Of a stretch of 56,952 bases of DNA, positions 17,730 through 26,884 are shown piece after piece. Position 1 is the first letter of the stretch; each line of letters starts with the position of its first letter. Location: contig JBCAXK010000006.1 in NCBI GenBank assembly GCA_038534095.1, forward strand, positions 1 through 56,952. The letters are read 5' to 3'. The DNA is from Chlamydiota bacterium. Lineage in GTDB: Bacteria > Chlamydiota > Chlamydiia > Chlamydiales > SM23-39. The notes under the pieces were generated by a model that was not told the origin of the DNA, made no database searches, and was given only the letters and a program-made list of their open reading frames with translations. The translations under genes were made by a program, and so were the position numbers.

Positions 17730-19960
17730 CCATCAGATATTTCCTCCCTTTTCTTTTCCCACTCTACGCTCTTTTTGCAGATCCGGGCGCCCTTAGTTCC
17801 CCTTTAAGCGCGGAAGAATCCCGTATGATGAATGAGGAGATCGCCGCTGTAAAAAAGGCGCTTCGGGAAAAGTGCGCAGAAGCTTGGAACGTTTCTGAGG
17901 AGGAGCATGGACCCCTTTTAGAAGAAATACGCCATTACCGCTCTATTTTATCCCGCCTAGAAAAAGACTGGCAGCAGCGCTTTGCAAGAGCGGGCATTTT
18001 TGAAGAGGAGGGGTGCGGGATTTGGGATCCAGGGGAACTCACCTTATCTCAGCTTATTTTAGAATATGGATCGAACGACTTTTTGTATGTCATTCCACCT
18101 GAAATGATGAATAGCAAACTACAAATCTTTTCTAGTATTCCTTTACCAAGGGAATCTTGGGATCAGATGGTGAAGCTGATCTTGCATGCAAATGGTATCG
18201 GAGTAAAACCTCTATCTTCTTACGCAAAAAAACTCTATTTTTTGAAGCAAGACCTCAGCATGGTTGAATCTTTATGTAAGGAGCGCTCCGAACTTGAGTA
18301 CCTAGAGTCAGGAGCAAGAACGGCCTATATCTTTGCCCCTCCACCCGAGCAGGTCAAAGCGTTACAAAACTTTTTTACCCGTTTTTCTGATCCCAAAGAG
18401 ACAGGCGTTCAGATTGTGGGCAATAAAATTGTACTCGTTTCTTGCAAAGAGAATATAGAAAAGCTTCTAAGCCTTTATGACGCGATCTGGGAAAAGAACG
18501 CAGAAAAGGTTGTCCGGGTCGTTTCCATGCGAAAAATCGATATTCCTCAAGCAGAACAAATTTTAAAAGCATTTTTTCCCGACCCTGGCTACAAAGGAAA
18601 AATCCCCATTCATAGCCATTTATCTGATGAACTGATTTTTATCTCGATTTCTCAAGGTCTTGTCCTCATTGGAAACGAGCACGCAATCACAAGAGCCGAG
18701 ACGGTTTTAGCCGATTTAGAAAATCAGCTAGAAGATCCGTACGAAATGACCGTCTATTGGTACAGTTGCAAGCACTCGAATCCAGAAGATATTGCTGATG
18801 TTTTATCCCAGGTGTACGAATCTCTGCTGCAAACAGATGGGGGGAAAAAGCCCCTGACTCAGGCGAAAAACTCTACCAAAAAGCCTGGGAAAAAACGATT
18901 TTTTTCGAAAGAAACACAAACGCCCCAAGCCTCACAACGGGCCCTGCCGATCGAAGGAAACTTCATTGTCGATCCAAAAACAGGAGCCATTTTGATGGTG
19001 ATTCGTAAGGATCAAATCCCGAAAATCAAAGCCTTGTTACAAAAGATTGATGTGCCAAAAAAAATGGTCCAGATCGATGTTCTTTTAGTAGAAAAACGGA
19101 CGCAAGATCAAAAAAGGTCGGGGATCAATCTACTGAAAATTGGCTCAAATGCGATCAGAAATGCTTTTTACACCTCCTTTGATGGATCGAAGAAGGGAGG
19201 AGGTCTTTTGGATTTTGTCTTTGCCCATTCGCAAGAGACCTCGCAACCAATTTTTGGGAATCATCGGGTTGGATTGGATCTGACCTACCAGTTTTTGATG
19301 ACACAACAAGATCTGAAGATCAACGCGAATCCTTCAGTGCTTGCGGTCAATCAAACGCCTGCTGTGATTTCGATTGTTGAAGAGATTTCGATCAATAATG
19401 GCGCTGTAATTTTAGACGCCTCCTCGAACAATCCACGCTCAGAAAGGTCGTTCACAAGAGCGCAGTATGGAACGGTATTAAAAATGACCCCAACAATCCA
19501 CTATTCTGAAGAGGAAGAGGAGGGATTCATCACCCTTGTCACCGACATCAACTTTGATACAACGCAAAGCTCTAGCGATAACCGCCCCCCTGTTACGAAA
19601 AGAAGCGTAAAAAATGAAGTCACCGTTGCCGATGGTGAGACCATTATTTTGGGGGGACTTCGGCAAACAACTAGTGAAAATACAGAAGAAAAAATCCCCT
19701 TCATTGGGGATATTCCTGGCCTAGGGAAACTATTTTCTATGACCGAAAAAACCGAATACAATAAAGAGATGTTCATCTTCATCACACCAAAAATCGTAAA
19801 ACATCCCGTCAAAGATTTGCGCAAAATCCGGAGCGAAGAGTTGAAAAAAAGGGCGGGAGATCTCCCTGAATTTTTAACAAAAGTCTCTGAAGCAAAAGAT
19901 CGGGAAAAGAAAAAGCTTTTCTCCACAACGATGGATCGTCTTTTTTCGAGGGGAAGCTAA
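17726..19960 (+). CDS. gspD: Type II secretion secretin GspD
   Basis: Signal peptide, N domains, and secretin motifs DVPKKMVQIDVLLVE, ANPSVLAVNQTPA, DGETIILGGL, KIPFIGDIPGLGKLF and FIFITPKIV. Confidence 0.94.
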   Translation: MTIRYFLPFLFPLYALFADPGALSSPLSAEESRMMNEEIAAVKKALREKCAEAWNVSEEEHGPLLEEIRHYRSILSRLEKDWQQRFARAGIFEEEGCGIWDPGELTLSQLILEYGSNDFLYVIPPEMMNSKLQIFSSIPLPRESWDQMVKLILHANGIGVKPLSSYAKKLYFLKQDLSMVESLCKERSELEYLESGARTAYIFAPPPEQVKALQNFFTRFSDPKETGVQIVGNKIVLVSCKENIEKLLSLYDAIWEKNAEKVVRVVSMRKIDIPQAEQILKAFFPDPGYKGKIPIHSHLSDELIFISISQGLVLIGNEHAITRAETVLADLENQLEDPYEMTVYWYSCKHSNPEDIADVLSQVYESLLQTDGGKKPLTQAKNSTKKPGKKRFFSKETQTPQASQRALPIEGNFIVDPKTGAILMVIRKDQIPKIKALLQKIDVPKKMVQIDVLLVEKRTQDQKRSGINLLKIGSNAIRNAFYTSFDGSKKGGGLLDFVFAHSQETSQPIFGNHRVGLDLTYQFLMTQQDLKINANPSVLAVNQTPAVISIVEEISINNGAVILDASSNNPRSERSFTRAQYGTVLKMTPTIHYSEEEEEGFITLVTDINFDTTQSSSDNRPPVTKRSVKNEVTVADGETIILGGLRQTTSENTEEKIPFIGDIPGLGKLFSMTEKTEYNKEMFIFITPKIVKHPVKDLRKIRSEELKKRAGDLPEFLTKVSEAKDREKKKLFSTTMDRLFSRGS

Positions 19961-21508
19961 GTGGATCAGGCTTCTTTACAAAATGGACCGATGCCTTTGC
20001 TAGAAAATCTCCTTGATTTTCCTTTTATCCGTGAGGGAATCACCCCCCTTCCCTATCTTTTCGTGAAAACCCATCAAATTTTACCTCTGAAAGAGGAAAA
20101 AGAGGCTTTTCTCCTTGCCACAAGCTCGCCCAATGATCTCGATGGATTGGAGGAGGTGCGGCTATTACTACAAAAGGATATTCAGATCATTGTTGTGGAA
20201 AAAGTCGCATTAGAAGAGGCAATACAAACCTGTTATCGACAGAAAAAAGAGGCGTCAGAAAATAGAGCTTCTGAAGAAGACCGAGAAGAAGATCAAGAGC
20301 TTATTGAAGGGTACGATCTTTTAGAGCAATCTTCGCAAAATCCGGTGATCCGTCTGTTGAACGTGATTTTCATGGAAGCCATTGGCAATGGGGTGTCCGA
20401 TATCCATTTTCAACCGACAGAAACGGGCCTGCTTGTCCGGTTTCGTATTGATGGGATCTTGCAAAAACGGTATCAGCCCCCAATTTCTTTAAAAAATCCG
20501 CTCATTGTTCGTATCAAAGTGATGGCCAAGCTCGATATTGCAGAAACGAGACTGCCTCAAGATGGACGTTTAAAATTGACCATGGGGGGAAGGGAGGTCG
20601 ACTTTAGGGTCAGTACCATTCCAACCCATTTGGGAGAGAGGGTCGTTTTGCGCCTTTTAGATAAAAGCAATATTGCTCTTGGGTTAAGCAAGATCAATAT
20701 GCCAGAAAAAATCCTTCGCTCTTTTCGCCGTTTGATCAAGTCTCCTGAGGGCATTCTTCTTGTAACGGGTCCTACTGGGAGCGGGAAAACAACGACTCTT
20801 TATAGCGCAATTCGTGAGCTCAATGCAGAAGAGATGAACATCATGACGGTGGAAGATCCTGTCGAGTACAAACTCCCTTTGATTGCGCAAATTGGGATCA
20901 ATCCAAAAATTCATCTAACCTTTAGCTCAGGGCTCCGTCATATTTTGCGGCAAGACCCCGATATCATTATGGTGGGAGAAATCCGAGATGTGGAAACAGC
21001 AGAAATTGCAATTCAAGCTTCTCTAACAGGGCACCTTGTCTTAAGTACCTTGCATACAAATGACGCCCCTTCTGCAGTAACCCGACTAGTAGAAATGGGG
21101 ATTGAGCCCTACCTGCTCTCCTCTTCGATCATTGGGGTTTTAGCGCAGCGGCTTGTGAGAAAAATCTGTGAAAAATGTAAGGAGCCCTACCATCCCACCG
21201 AAGAAGAGCGCGCTTTTCTCCCTCTGAAAGAGGGAGAGTCTCTTTTTTACCAGGGCAAGGGGTGCTCTTCTTGTTACCATACCGGCTACCTGGGTCGGTG
21301 CGCCATTTATGAGTGCATGCTCGTAAGTCCTGGCGTCAAACGGGCCATCATGCAACGGGCGAGCGCAGAAGAGCTCGGAAAAGAGGGCTTGCTCATGAGT
21401 TTAAAAGAGCATGGAACGCAGATGGCTTTGCAAGGAATTACGACTCTAGCAGAGGTCATTCGTGTGGTCAAGACCTCGGTCGATGGAGACCCCGATGCCC
21501 CTCTATGA
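19961..21508 (+). CDS. gspE: Type II secretion ATPase GspE
   Basis: SDIHFQP, RLPQDGR, Walker A GPTGSGKT, LRQDPDIIMVGEIRD, TLHTND and paired CxxC motifs. Confidence 0.96.
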   Translation: MDQASLQNGPMPLLENLLDFPFIREGITPLPYLFVKTHQILPLKEEKEAFLLATSSPNDLDGLEEVRLLLQKDIQIIVVEKVALEEAIQTCYRQKKEASENRASEEDREEDQELIEGYDLLEQSSQNPVIRLLNVIFMEAIGNGVSDIHFQPTETGLLVRFRIDGILQKRYQPPISLKNPLIVRIKVMAKLDIAETRLPQDGRLKLTMGGREVDFRVSTIPTHLGERVVLRLLDKSNIALGLSKINMPEKILRSFRRLIKSPEGILLVTGPTGSGKTTTLYSAIRELNAEEMNIMTVEDPVEYKLPLIAQIGINPKIHLTFSSGLRHILRQDPDIIMVGEIRDVETAEIAIQASLTGHLVLSTLHTNDAPSAVTRLVEMGIEPYLLSSSIIGVLAQRLVRKICEKCKEPYHPTEEERAFLPLKEGESLFYQGKGCSSCYHTGYLGRCAIYECMLVSPGVKRAIMQRASAEELGKEGLLMSLKEHGTQMALQGITTLAEVIRVVKTSVDGDPDAPL

Positions 21509-22679
21509 ATATTGGTCGCTCTCTTCTACTGGAAAAAAACGGAAAGGGTATTTGCACGCCGAAACTCTTTTAGATGCAAAAATACAATTGCAAAATACAG
21601 GGACTCTGATTTGGAAGATTGGTGCCTACAAAAAGCGCGCGCACATCTACTGGAAAAAAGAAGAGGTCCTGAGTTTTACAAGAGAGCTGGCAAAGCTTCT
21701 TCGGGCAGGACTGCCCCTTTTTGAAAGCCTTCTTGCCATGGAAGAGAAATACCAGGGACAAAAGCCGCATACCGTGCTTTTGGATCTGATTGAAAAAGTG
21801 CAACAAGGGAAGTCTTTATCGAAAGCCCTCTCTTTTCATGAAAAAATTTTTGATCCCCTCTATACCAAAATGGTAGAAATTGGGGAAAAATCGGGGAATC
21901 TTGAAAATGTTCTCCTCGAGCTTAGTCTTCTTATGGAAAAACAGGCGTCTCTTCGTAAGAAGATTATCCAATCGACGAGCTATCCCCTTCTTCTTTTTAC
22001 CTTTTCCTTGCTCATTCTTTTCGGTCTTCTATTTTTCATCATCCCTTCTTTAGCGCCTCTTTTTGAAGATCGGGATCTAGGAAGTTTCACAAAGGCGATT
22101 TTATCCTTAAGCGCTTTTTTTGTAGCGCATCAAAACGCCCTTTTCCTAGGGTCTATGACCTGTTTGTTCCTCGGCCTACTCAGCGCCCGTGTAGAGAGGG
22201 TGAAAAGCGTCTTTTCCAATCTGTTGCTTCGTCTTCCCATTGTAAAAGAGCTGCTGATCAAACATGCTTTCATCCGATTTTCTAGATCGACGGCTACTTT
22301 GCTTGAAGCGGGCATTCCCCTTGTTGAAGCGATTGATCTCTCCATTAGTGTAGCAGGGCAAAACATCCTTGAAGAGGAGCTGCGCCGAGCGCGAACAGCG
22401 CTTCTTGAAGGGAGCTCTCTTTCCAAAGAATTTGAAAAAAGCCCGCACATCCCCTCTTTTGTTGTGCGCATGCTGTCCATTGCAGAAAAAAGCGGCAAGG
22501 CTCCTGAAATGTTTCAACATATTGCCCTGATCTATGAAGAAGAATTTTCCGACTCGCTACAAAAGATCACCAGTTATTTACAACCAATTCTTATGTTGCT
22601 AATCGGACTGATTGTAGGTATCGTTCTACTCTCCGTTTTGTTACCATTAACAGACGTGAGTTCTTTCATTGAAGTATAA
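21495..22679 (+). CDS. gspF: Type II secretion inner-membrane platform protein GspF
   Basis: Starts MPLYEY; two GspF repeats (LLRAGLPL..GEKSG and LLEAGIPL..AEKSG) and three TMs. Confidence 0.94.
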   Translation: MPLYEYWSLSSTGKKRKGYLHAETLLDAKIQLQNTGTLIWKIGAYKKRAHIYWKKEEVLSFTRELAKLLRAGLPLFESLLAMEEKYQGQKPHTVLLDLIEKVQQGKSLSKALSFHEKIFDPLYTKMVEIGEKSGNLENVLLELSLLMEKQASLRKKIIQSTSYPLLLFTFSLLILFGLLFFIIPSLAPLFEDRDLGSFTKAILSLSAFFVAHQNALFLGSMTCLFLGLLSARVERVKSVFSNLLLRLPIVKELLIKHAFIRFSRSTATLLEAGIPLVEAIDLSISVAGQNILEEELRRARTALLEGSSLSKEFEKSPHIPSFVVRMLSIAEKSGKAPEMFQHIALIYEEEFSDSLQKITSYLQPILMLLIGLIVGIVLLSVLLPLTDVSSFIEV

Positions 22680-22688
22680 GGAGGTCTG

Positions 22689-23120
22689 ATGAAGAGGAAA
22701 AAACGTCCCCTGACGATCATCGAAATGATGATTGTCATTACGCTGATTGGCATTATTGCCGCAGTCCTTGGCTACAATATGCAAGGCGCTCTTGAAAAAG
22801 GGAAAGCCAAACAAACAGAACTAGCGATTGAAAAAGTGCGCAATATTTTAGAACTCGAATACTCTACTGATGATTCAGCAACTTTGAGCAGAATTTGTAA
22901 AGAACCAGCGAAATATTTACGGCAGTCGGGTTTGGTGAAGAATCCTAATGATCTACTAAAAGATGGTTGGGGAGAGAAACTGCAGATCAAGCATGAAGAT
23001 GGGGCCCTTGTTGTGTTTTCTAATAAGTATAATCTGTATAAGAGTCCCAATTTGAAGCCTACCAACTCTCCTAACAGTGATCAAAAGCAGATTGCCTCTT
23101 CAGATTCTAGCAAGCTGTGA
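22689..23120 (+). CDS. gspG: Major pseudopilin GspG-like
   Basis: Basic leader, then LTIIEMMIVITLIGII (Glu at +5) and a KDGWG motif. Confidence 0.8.
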   Translation: MKRKKRPLTIIEMMIVITLIGIIAAVLGYNMQGALEKGKAKQTELAIEKVRNILELEYSTDDSATLSRICKEPAKYLRQSGLVKNPNDLLKDGWGEKLQIKHEDGALVVFSNKYNLYKSPNLKPTNSPNSDQKQIASSDSSKL

Positions 23121-23668
23121 AACGGCAAAAAGCGTTCACTTTTTTGGAGGTGCTTTTAGCGCTAACCCTTCTTTTGATGGCGACCTTTGTCCTACAAATG
23201 AATACGGGCGTTTTGCGGACTAAGGGGCGCGCTTATGAGCTTGAAAGGCTTAGGCGCCATCTAAAAACGTTGCGAGCATTAGCAAAAACCCGGGGAGAAA
23301 ATATCACTGTGCTTCTATCGCCAAGTGGGCAAGATCTTCTCCTTTCTGTATATCCAAAAGAGCTGCGTTACCCTAAAAAAACCCTAAAAAATCTCTCGAT
23401 AGAAGAGGCAAATTCCCTGATTTTTACAAGTGATGGCACCTGTATTGGGGAGCCAATCGTTTTGGAGGAGGCCTCTAGCCAAGAGATTCTTTTAGATCTT
23501 GTAGATGAAACTCTTTATAACGAGCTCGCTATTTCTGCAAATAAATACTGCCGAAGGCCAGAAGAGGTGCTTTTTGAAGACAAAGAAGAGAGCAAAGCCT
23601 CTACCCGCTCAAAAGCTAGGTCTCTTTGTATAGGCTTGAGATCTTTTCCTGAAAAACTCGTACAGTAA
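23117..23668 (+). CDS. Minor pseudopilin (GspH/FimT-like)
   Basis: KA|FTFLEVLLAL prepilin motif; IFTSDG near the C-terminus. Confidence 0.75.
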   Translation: MKRQKAFTFLEVLLALTLLLMATFVLQMNTGVLRTKGRAYELERLRRHLKTLRALAKTRGENITVLLSPSGQDLLLSVYPKELRYPKKTLKNLSIEEANSLIFTSDGTCIGEPIVLEEASSQEILLDLVDETLYNELAISANKYCRRPEEVLFEDKEESKASTRSKARSLCIGLRSFPEKLVQ

Positions 23669-23702
23669 GCTCGTCTGTTTAGAGTCTGTTTTAAGGGAAG
23701 GA

Positions 23703-23727
23703 GGGAGCGGGTTATGGCCCTGCTCCC
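23703..23727 (+). terminator. GC-rich hairpin after the T2SS operon
   Basis: GGGAGC-GGGT-TATG-GCCC-T-GCTCCC; no clear U-tract on the + strand. Confidence 0.4.
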
Positions 23728-23900
23728 AAATTCTCTAACAGTTTAGAAGCGCTCTTTCATCTAAGGAACGCCGTCTCGTGAGCAGAAGAGCATTTCTGAC
23801 GCGGCATGGCCTGGTAAAAAAATTCTATATCGATCAAGAACTACTAGATATCTGATAGAAAAAGGTTTTGCTGTAAATTTTCCTAAAGAGCTAATGATCA

Positions 23901-24398
23901 CTAGTTATCACTAGGGATTTTCACCCAGTCTGTAATACTGAGGTCTTTAGAGGTTTGCTGCTCTATTTTTTTTTCTTCAAGCTCCACATGTTTTTTAGAA
24001 AGTTCTTGCGCAGCTTGATACCCGCTGAGGGAGCAATTTTTTAGCGCTAACGTGATTTTTTTAGGCACTTCATCAATACGCTCAAAGAGCATATCAAACA
24101 CAGTATGGCCCGAAGCGTTGCGCTGTTCTACTAGCAACAATAGGTTCACTTGATTATAAAAAGAGGTCAAGTTCTCAAAGGCTTTATAAAAAAAATGCTC
24201 TTGATTTTCTGGACCTACTTGAATGATCCCGTTTAACACGTACATGAAAGGTGTCCAGCCACCATATCGTTCTTCATTTTTTGGAGAAATGAGCGCTTGA
24301 TAGGGATGTTTTTTTAGTAAGTCGATCAATGCAGGTAAGTTTTTACCTTGTATAGCCAGTCGCATATTCATATGGGGAATAGTCACGATGATATCCAT
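23901..24398 (-). CDS. Hypothetical protein with degenerate ankyrin-like motifs
   Basis: GGWTPFMYVL and NASGHTVFDML resemble the ankyrin G-x-T-P-L-H motif; the upstream region is AT-rich. Confidence 0.55.
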   Translation of the reverse strand: MDIIVTIPHMNMRLAIQGKNLPALIDLLKKHPYQALISPKNEERYGGWTPFMYVLNGIIQVGPENQEHFFYKAFENLTSFYNQVNLLLLVEQRNASGHTVFDMLFERIDEVPKKITLALKNCSLSGYQAAQELSKKHVELEEKKIEQQTSKDLSITDWVKIPSDN

Positions 24399-24518
24399 TT
24401 TTATTAATATAGAGGTGTAAATTAAAACAAAGGTGGTTTTTTTACAAACAAAAGATTTATAAAGTTTTTATTTAAATATAATAATTATTGGTGTTTTTTG
24501 AAACTGTTCCAAACAGGA

Positions 24519-25070
24519 TCAATAAAATAGCTCCCAAATATGCGTATTCCCATAAGGTCGACGTTTATGAGAGAAGTCTTCAGGAGGGGTAATCGAAATG
24601 TCTTTGGGCATCTCTAAAAACAGCTTTCCTCCTGGAGCAAGAAGATTTCGGTTGTGGAGGATCGTAAGAAGGGTTTCCATCTCCTTTTTTAAGTCGTGCA
24701 TTGAATAGGGGGGATCTAGGTAGATCAACGCACTTTGCTCCCGTAAGGTTTTTAGAAAGGAAAGTACGTCTTTTTTGTACACAAAAATGCGCTGATCAAT
24801 CCCTAAATTGCGCGCTGTATTTTTGATCGTTTTTACCGCAAGAGGGTTCTTGTCTATAAAAAAACAGCGCTTTGCTACCCCCCGGCTGATCGCTTCAAAA
24901 CCCATAATCCCTGAACCGGCAAAAAGATCGAGCATGGTGGATCCCACAATCTGTTCTTGTAAAATATGAAAAATCGCTTCCCGAACCCTACTTTTTGTAG
25001 GGCGAGTTTCTCCTGTTTTCGGGGCAAGAACTTTTTTCCCCGATAAAAAGCCTTGCGTGATACGGATCAT
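24519..25070 (-). CDS. rsmD: 16S rRNA m2G966 methyltransferase RsmD
   Basis: MIRITQG, TRPT..VREAIF, LDLFAGSG..GFEAISRG and DPPY. Confidence 0.95.
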   Translation of the reverse strand: MIRITQGFLSGKKVLAPKTGETRPTKSRVREAIFHILQEQIVGSTMLDLFAGSGIMGFEAISRGVAKRCFFIDKNPLAVKTIKNTARNLGIDQRIFVYKKDVLSFLKTLREQSALIYLDPPYSMHDLKKEMETLLTILHNRNLLAPGGKLFLEMPKDISITPPEDFSHKRRPYGNTHIWELFY

Positions 25071-26767
25071 GGGAATATCGGGGGAAGTTCATGCGCATTT
25101 AAGTAGGCAAGAGCCTTCTTCGCGTGCTCCTTATCTCCTGTGAAGAAAAATTCGTGGTAGTAATCCACCGCTTTTTCTAGTGCCCAGGATTGCTCAAGAG
25201 TGTCCTCGACTTTTGTCGCTTGATCGAATGAAATCTTTTTTCGTATTTGTACGAACTCACCCCGCCGCTTTCCTTGAATGAACAGGGTGAAATTGGAAAG
25301 GGAGTCTGTTTCTCCAAGAATGATCAACGGCGTATTGGCATAAAGATCCCCAAGACGCGCATTTTTTGGTGTGAGACAGATAGAGAGCTCTGGATCTTTG
25401 CTGCAAGCATGGACCGAGAGATTGGTCGCAATGGGACTTTGGATCGATTGAATCAGTTTGCCCAATTTTCTTTTGAGACCCCCTTTTGTCGGAGAGGCGT
25501 AGAGAGACCCCTTGTTGAATAGGGCTAGAGTTTCTAGCATGGGAAGTTGTTCATCTTCTGTCATGCCTAAACAAAATAGGTTGAATTTTCCTGCATTTCT
25601 TTGTGAAAACTCTCGCATCTGTTTTCTATAATGGTGTTTATTCCCAAGTCCATCGCCATTGGTTAAGAGAACGATGGTAGAGATCGCTTCTGGGTCGATT
25701 TGTTCATGGAGAAGGCTTGAAAGAGCTTTATAGGGGTTTGCGGAAAAGAACATAGAACCTAAATCGAGACCTTGTAAAAACTGACGGGTGAGTTTTTTAT
25801 TGTAAGAGGTGGGACTTAGGTTTTCCTGAGCAAAACGGCGAAGTTTGTGATCAAACCCGATGATATTGAAACGGTCTTCATGAGATAAGTAGGATAGGGA
25901 GCGGATGATCGCATTTTTGGTCGCTTTTAGTCGAGATTGTTGGATCACGTTGGCTGTATCCATGAGATAGTAAATGTGTTGGGGGAGCTTTTCAAAATCG
26001 GCTCCCGGCTTTGGAAGAAGGGTAATAGCAAATAGGATTTTGTTTGGTCCTTTTTCAAAATAATCGACTTGGGTAAGAAATGCGTCGCTCCAGGAGAGAG
26101 CTCTTTCTTCATTTCTGCAGCTTAAAACATCTAATGAGCTATTGGATGGAAATCGAATGGTAGAAGAAGAAAGCTGGAGATCTTTTTTTATCAAATGTTC
26201 CTGGATCGAAGAGATCGGAGCGCTTTGTCTAAAAGGCTCCTCTTCCCGCTGAAAGGTTAAGGGGGGCGGAGAAAAAACCCGCTCACCCTCTTCTTGCTGA
26301 GGAGATAGCGCTTTACGTGCCAGATCCTTTCTCTTGATAGGAACAAAAGGGGGCGGGGTAAGAGAAGAAAAGAGCTGCGGCAAAAAGGGGCTTGCTTCTT
26401 TGTATAGGATGGGGGTGATCGGCTGACTTTTTTCTAAATATGGTAAGGAGCTTTTCGGTGAGTAGGAACGCTTTTTCATGAACATCTTTTCGACAAAAGG
26501 GAGATGAACAGGTAGTTTGCAGGGTGAGGACGTTTCCTCGGTAGGGAGCATCTCAGGTGGGGAAAGGGTTTGTTTTGGATCGGCAAACACGATACTGAGC
26601 ACCTGTTCTTTACTTCCCCTATACCTAGACACGTTTGGTCGGTCCTTCCTTGCAACATAACTATGGTGGAGCGCAGAAAAGGCGATTAGGTGAAGAACAA
26701 GGGACACAAAAGAGGAAAAAAGCGCCCATGGTTGTAGTTTTTTTAGTAAAAATTTTTTTACGCGCAT
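25067..26767 (-). CDS. Membrane-anchored vWA-domain protein with Pro-rich linker
   Basis: TonB-like SLVLH anchor, Pro-rich stalk, and a vWA region (YYLMD..DRFNIIGF..IVLLTNG..SPIATN). Confidence 0.75.
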   Translation of the reverse strand: MRVKKFLLKKLQPWALFSSFVSLVLHLIAFSALHHSYVARKDRPNVSRYRGSKEQVLSIVFADPKQTLSPPEMLPTEETSSPCKLPVHLPFVEKMFMKKRSYSPKSSLPYLEKSQPITPILYKEASPFLPQLFSSLTPPPFVPIKRKDLARKALSPQQEEGERVFSPPPLTFQREEEPFRQSAPISSIQEHLIKKDLQLSSSTIRFPSNSSLDVLSCRNEERALSWSDAFLTQVDYFEKGPNKILFAITLLPKPGADFEKLPQHIYYLMDTANVIQQSRLKATKNAIIRSLSYLSHEDRFNIIGFDHKLRRFAQENLSPTSYNKKLTRQFLQGLDLGSMFFSANPYKALSSLLHEQIDPEAISTIVLLTNGDGLGNKHHYRKQMREFSQRNAGKFNLFCLGMTEDEQLPMLETLALFNKGSLYASPTKGGLKRKLGKLIQSIQSPIATNLSVHACSKDPELSICLTPKNARLGDLYANTPLIILGETDSLSNFTLFIQGKRRGEFVQIRKKISFDQATKVEDTLEQSWALEKAVDYYHEFFFTGDKEHAKKALAYLNAHELPPIFP

Positions 26768-26884
26768 CGTGTTTACGAAAGATGACCCTATCTAACTATA
26801 TAAGTAAAAGCGAAGAGAGTCAATGGAGTTTCCTATGAGATCAGCGGCTATTTTTACAAAAAACTCGGGTGAAAAAGTCTTTTT

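Noticed and set aside
23668-24519. Switch from mostly plus to mostly minus gene orientation as a replication terminus
   Set aside because: A few operons explain the pattern. No dif site was seen and GC skew could not be computed.
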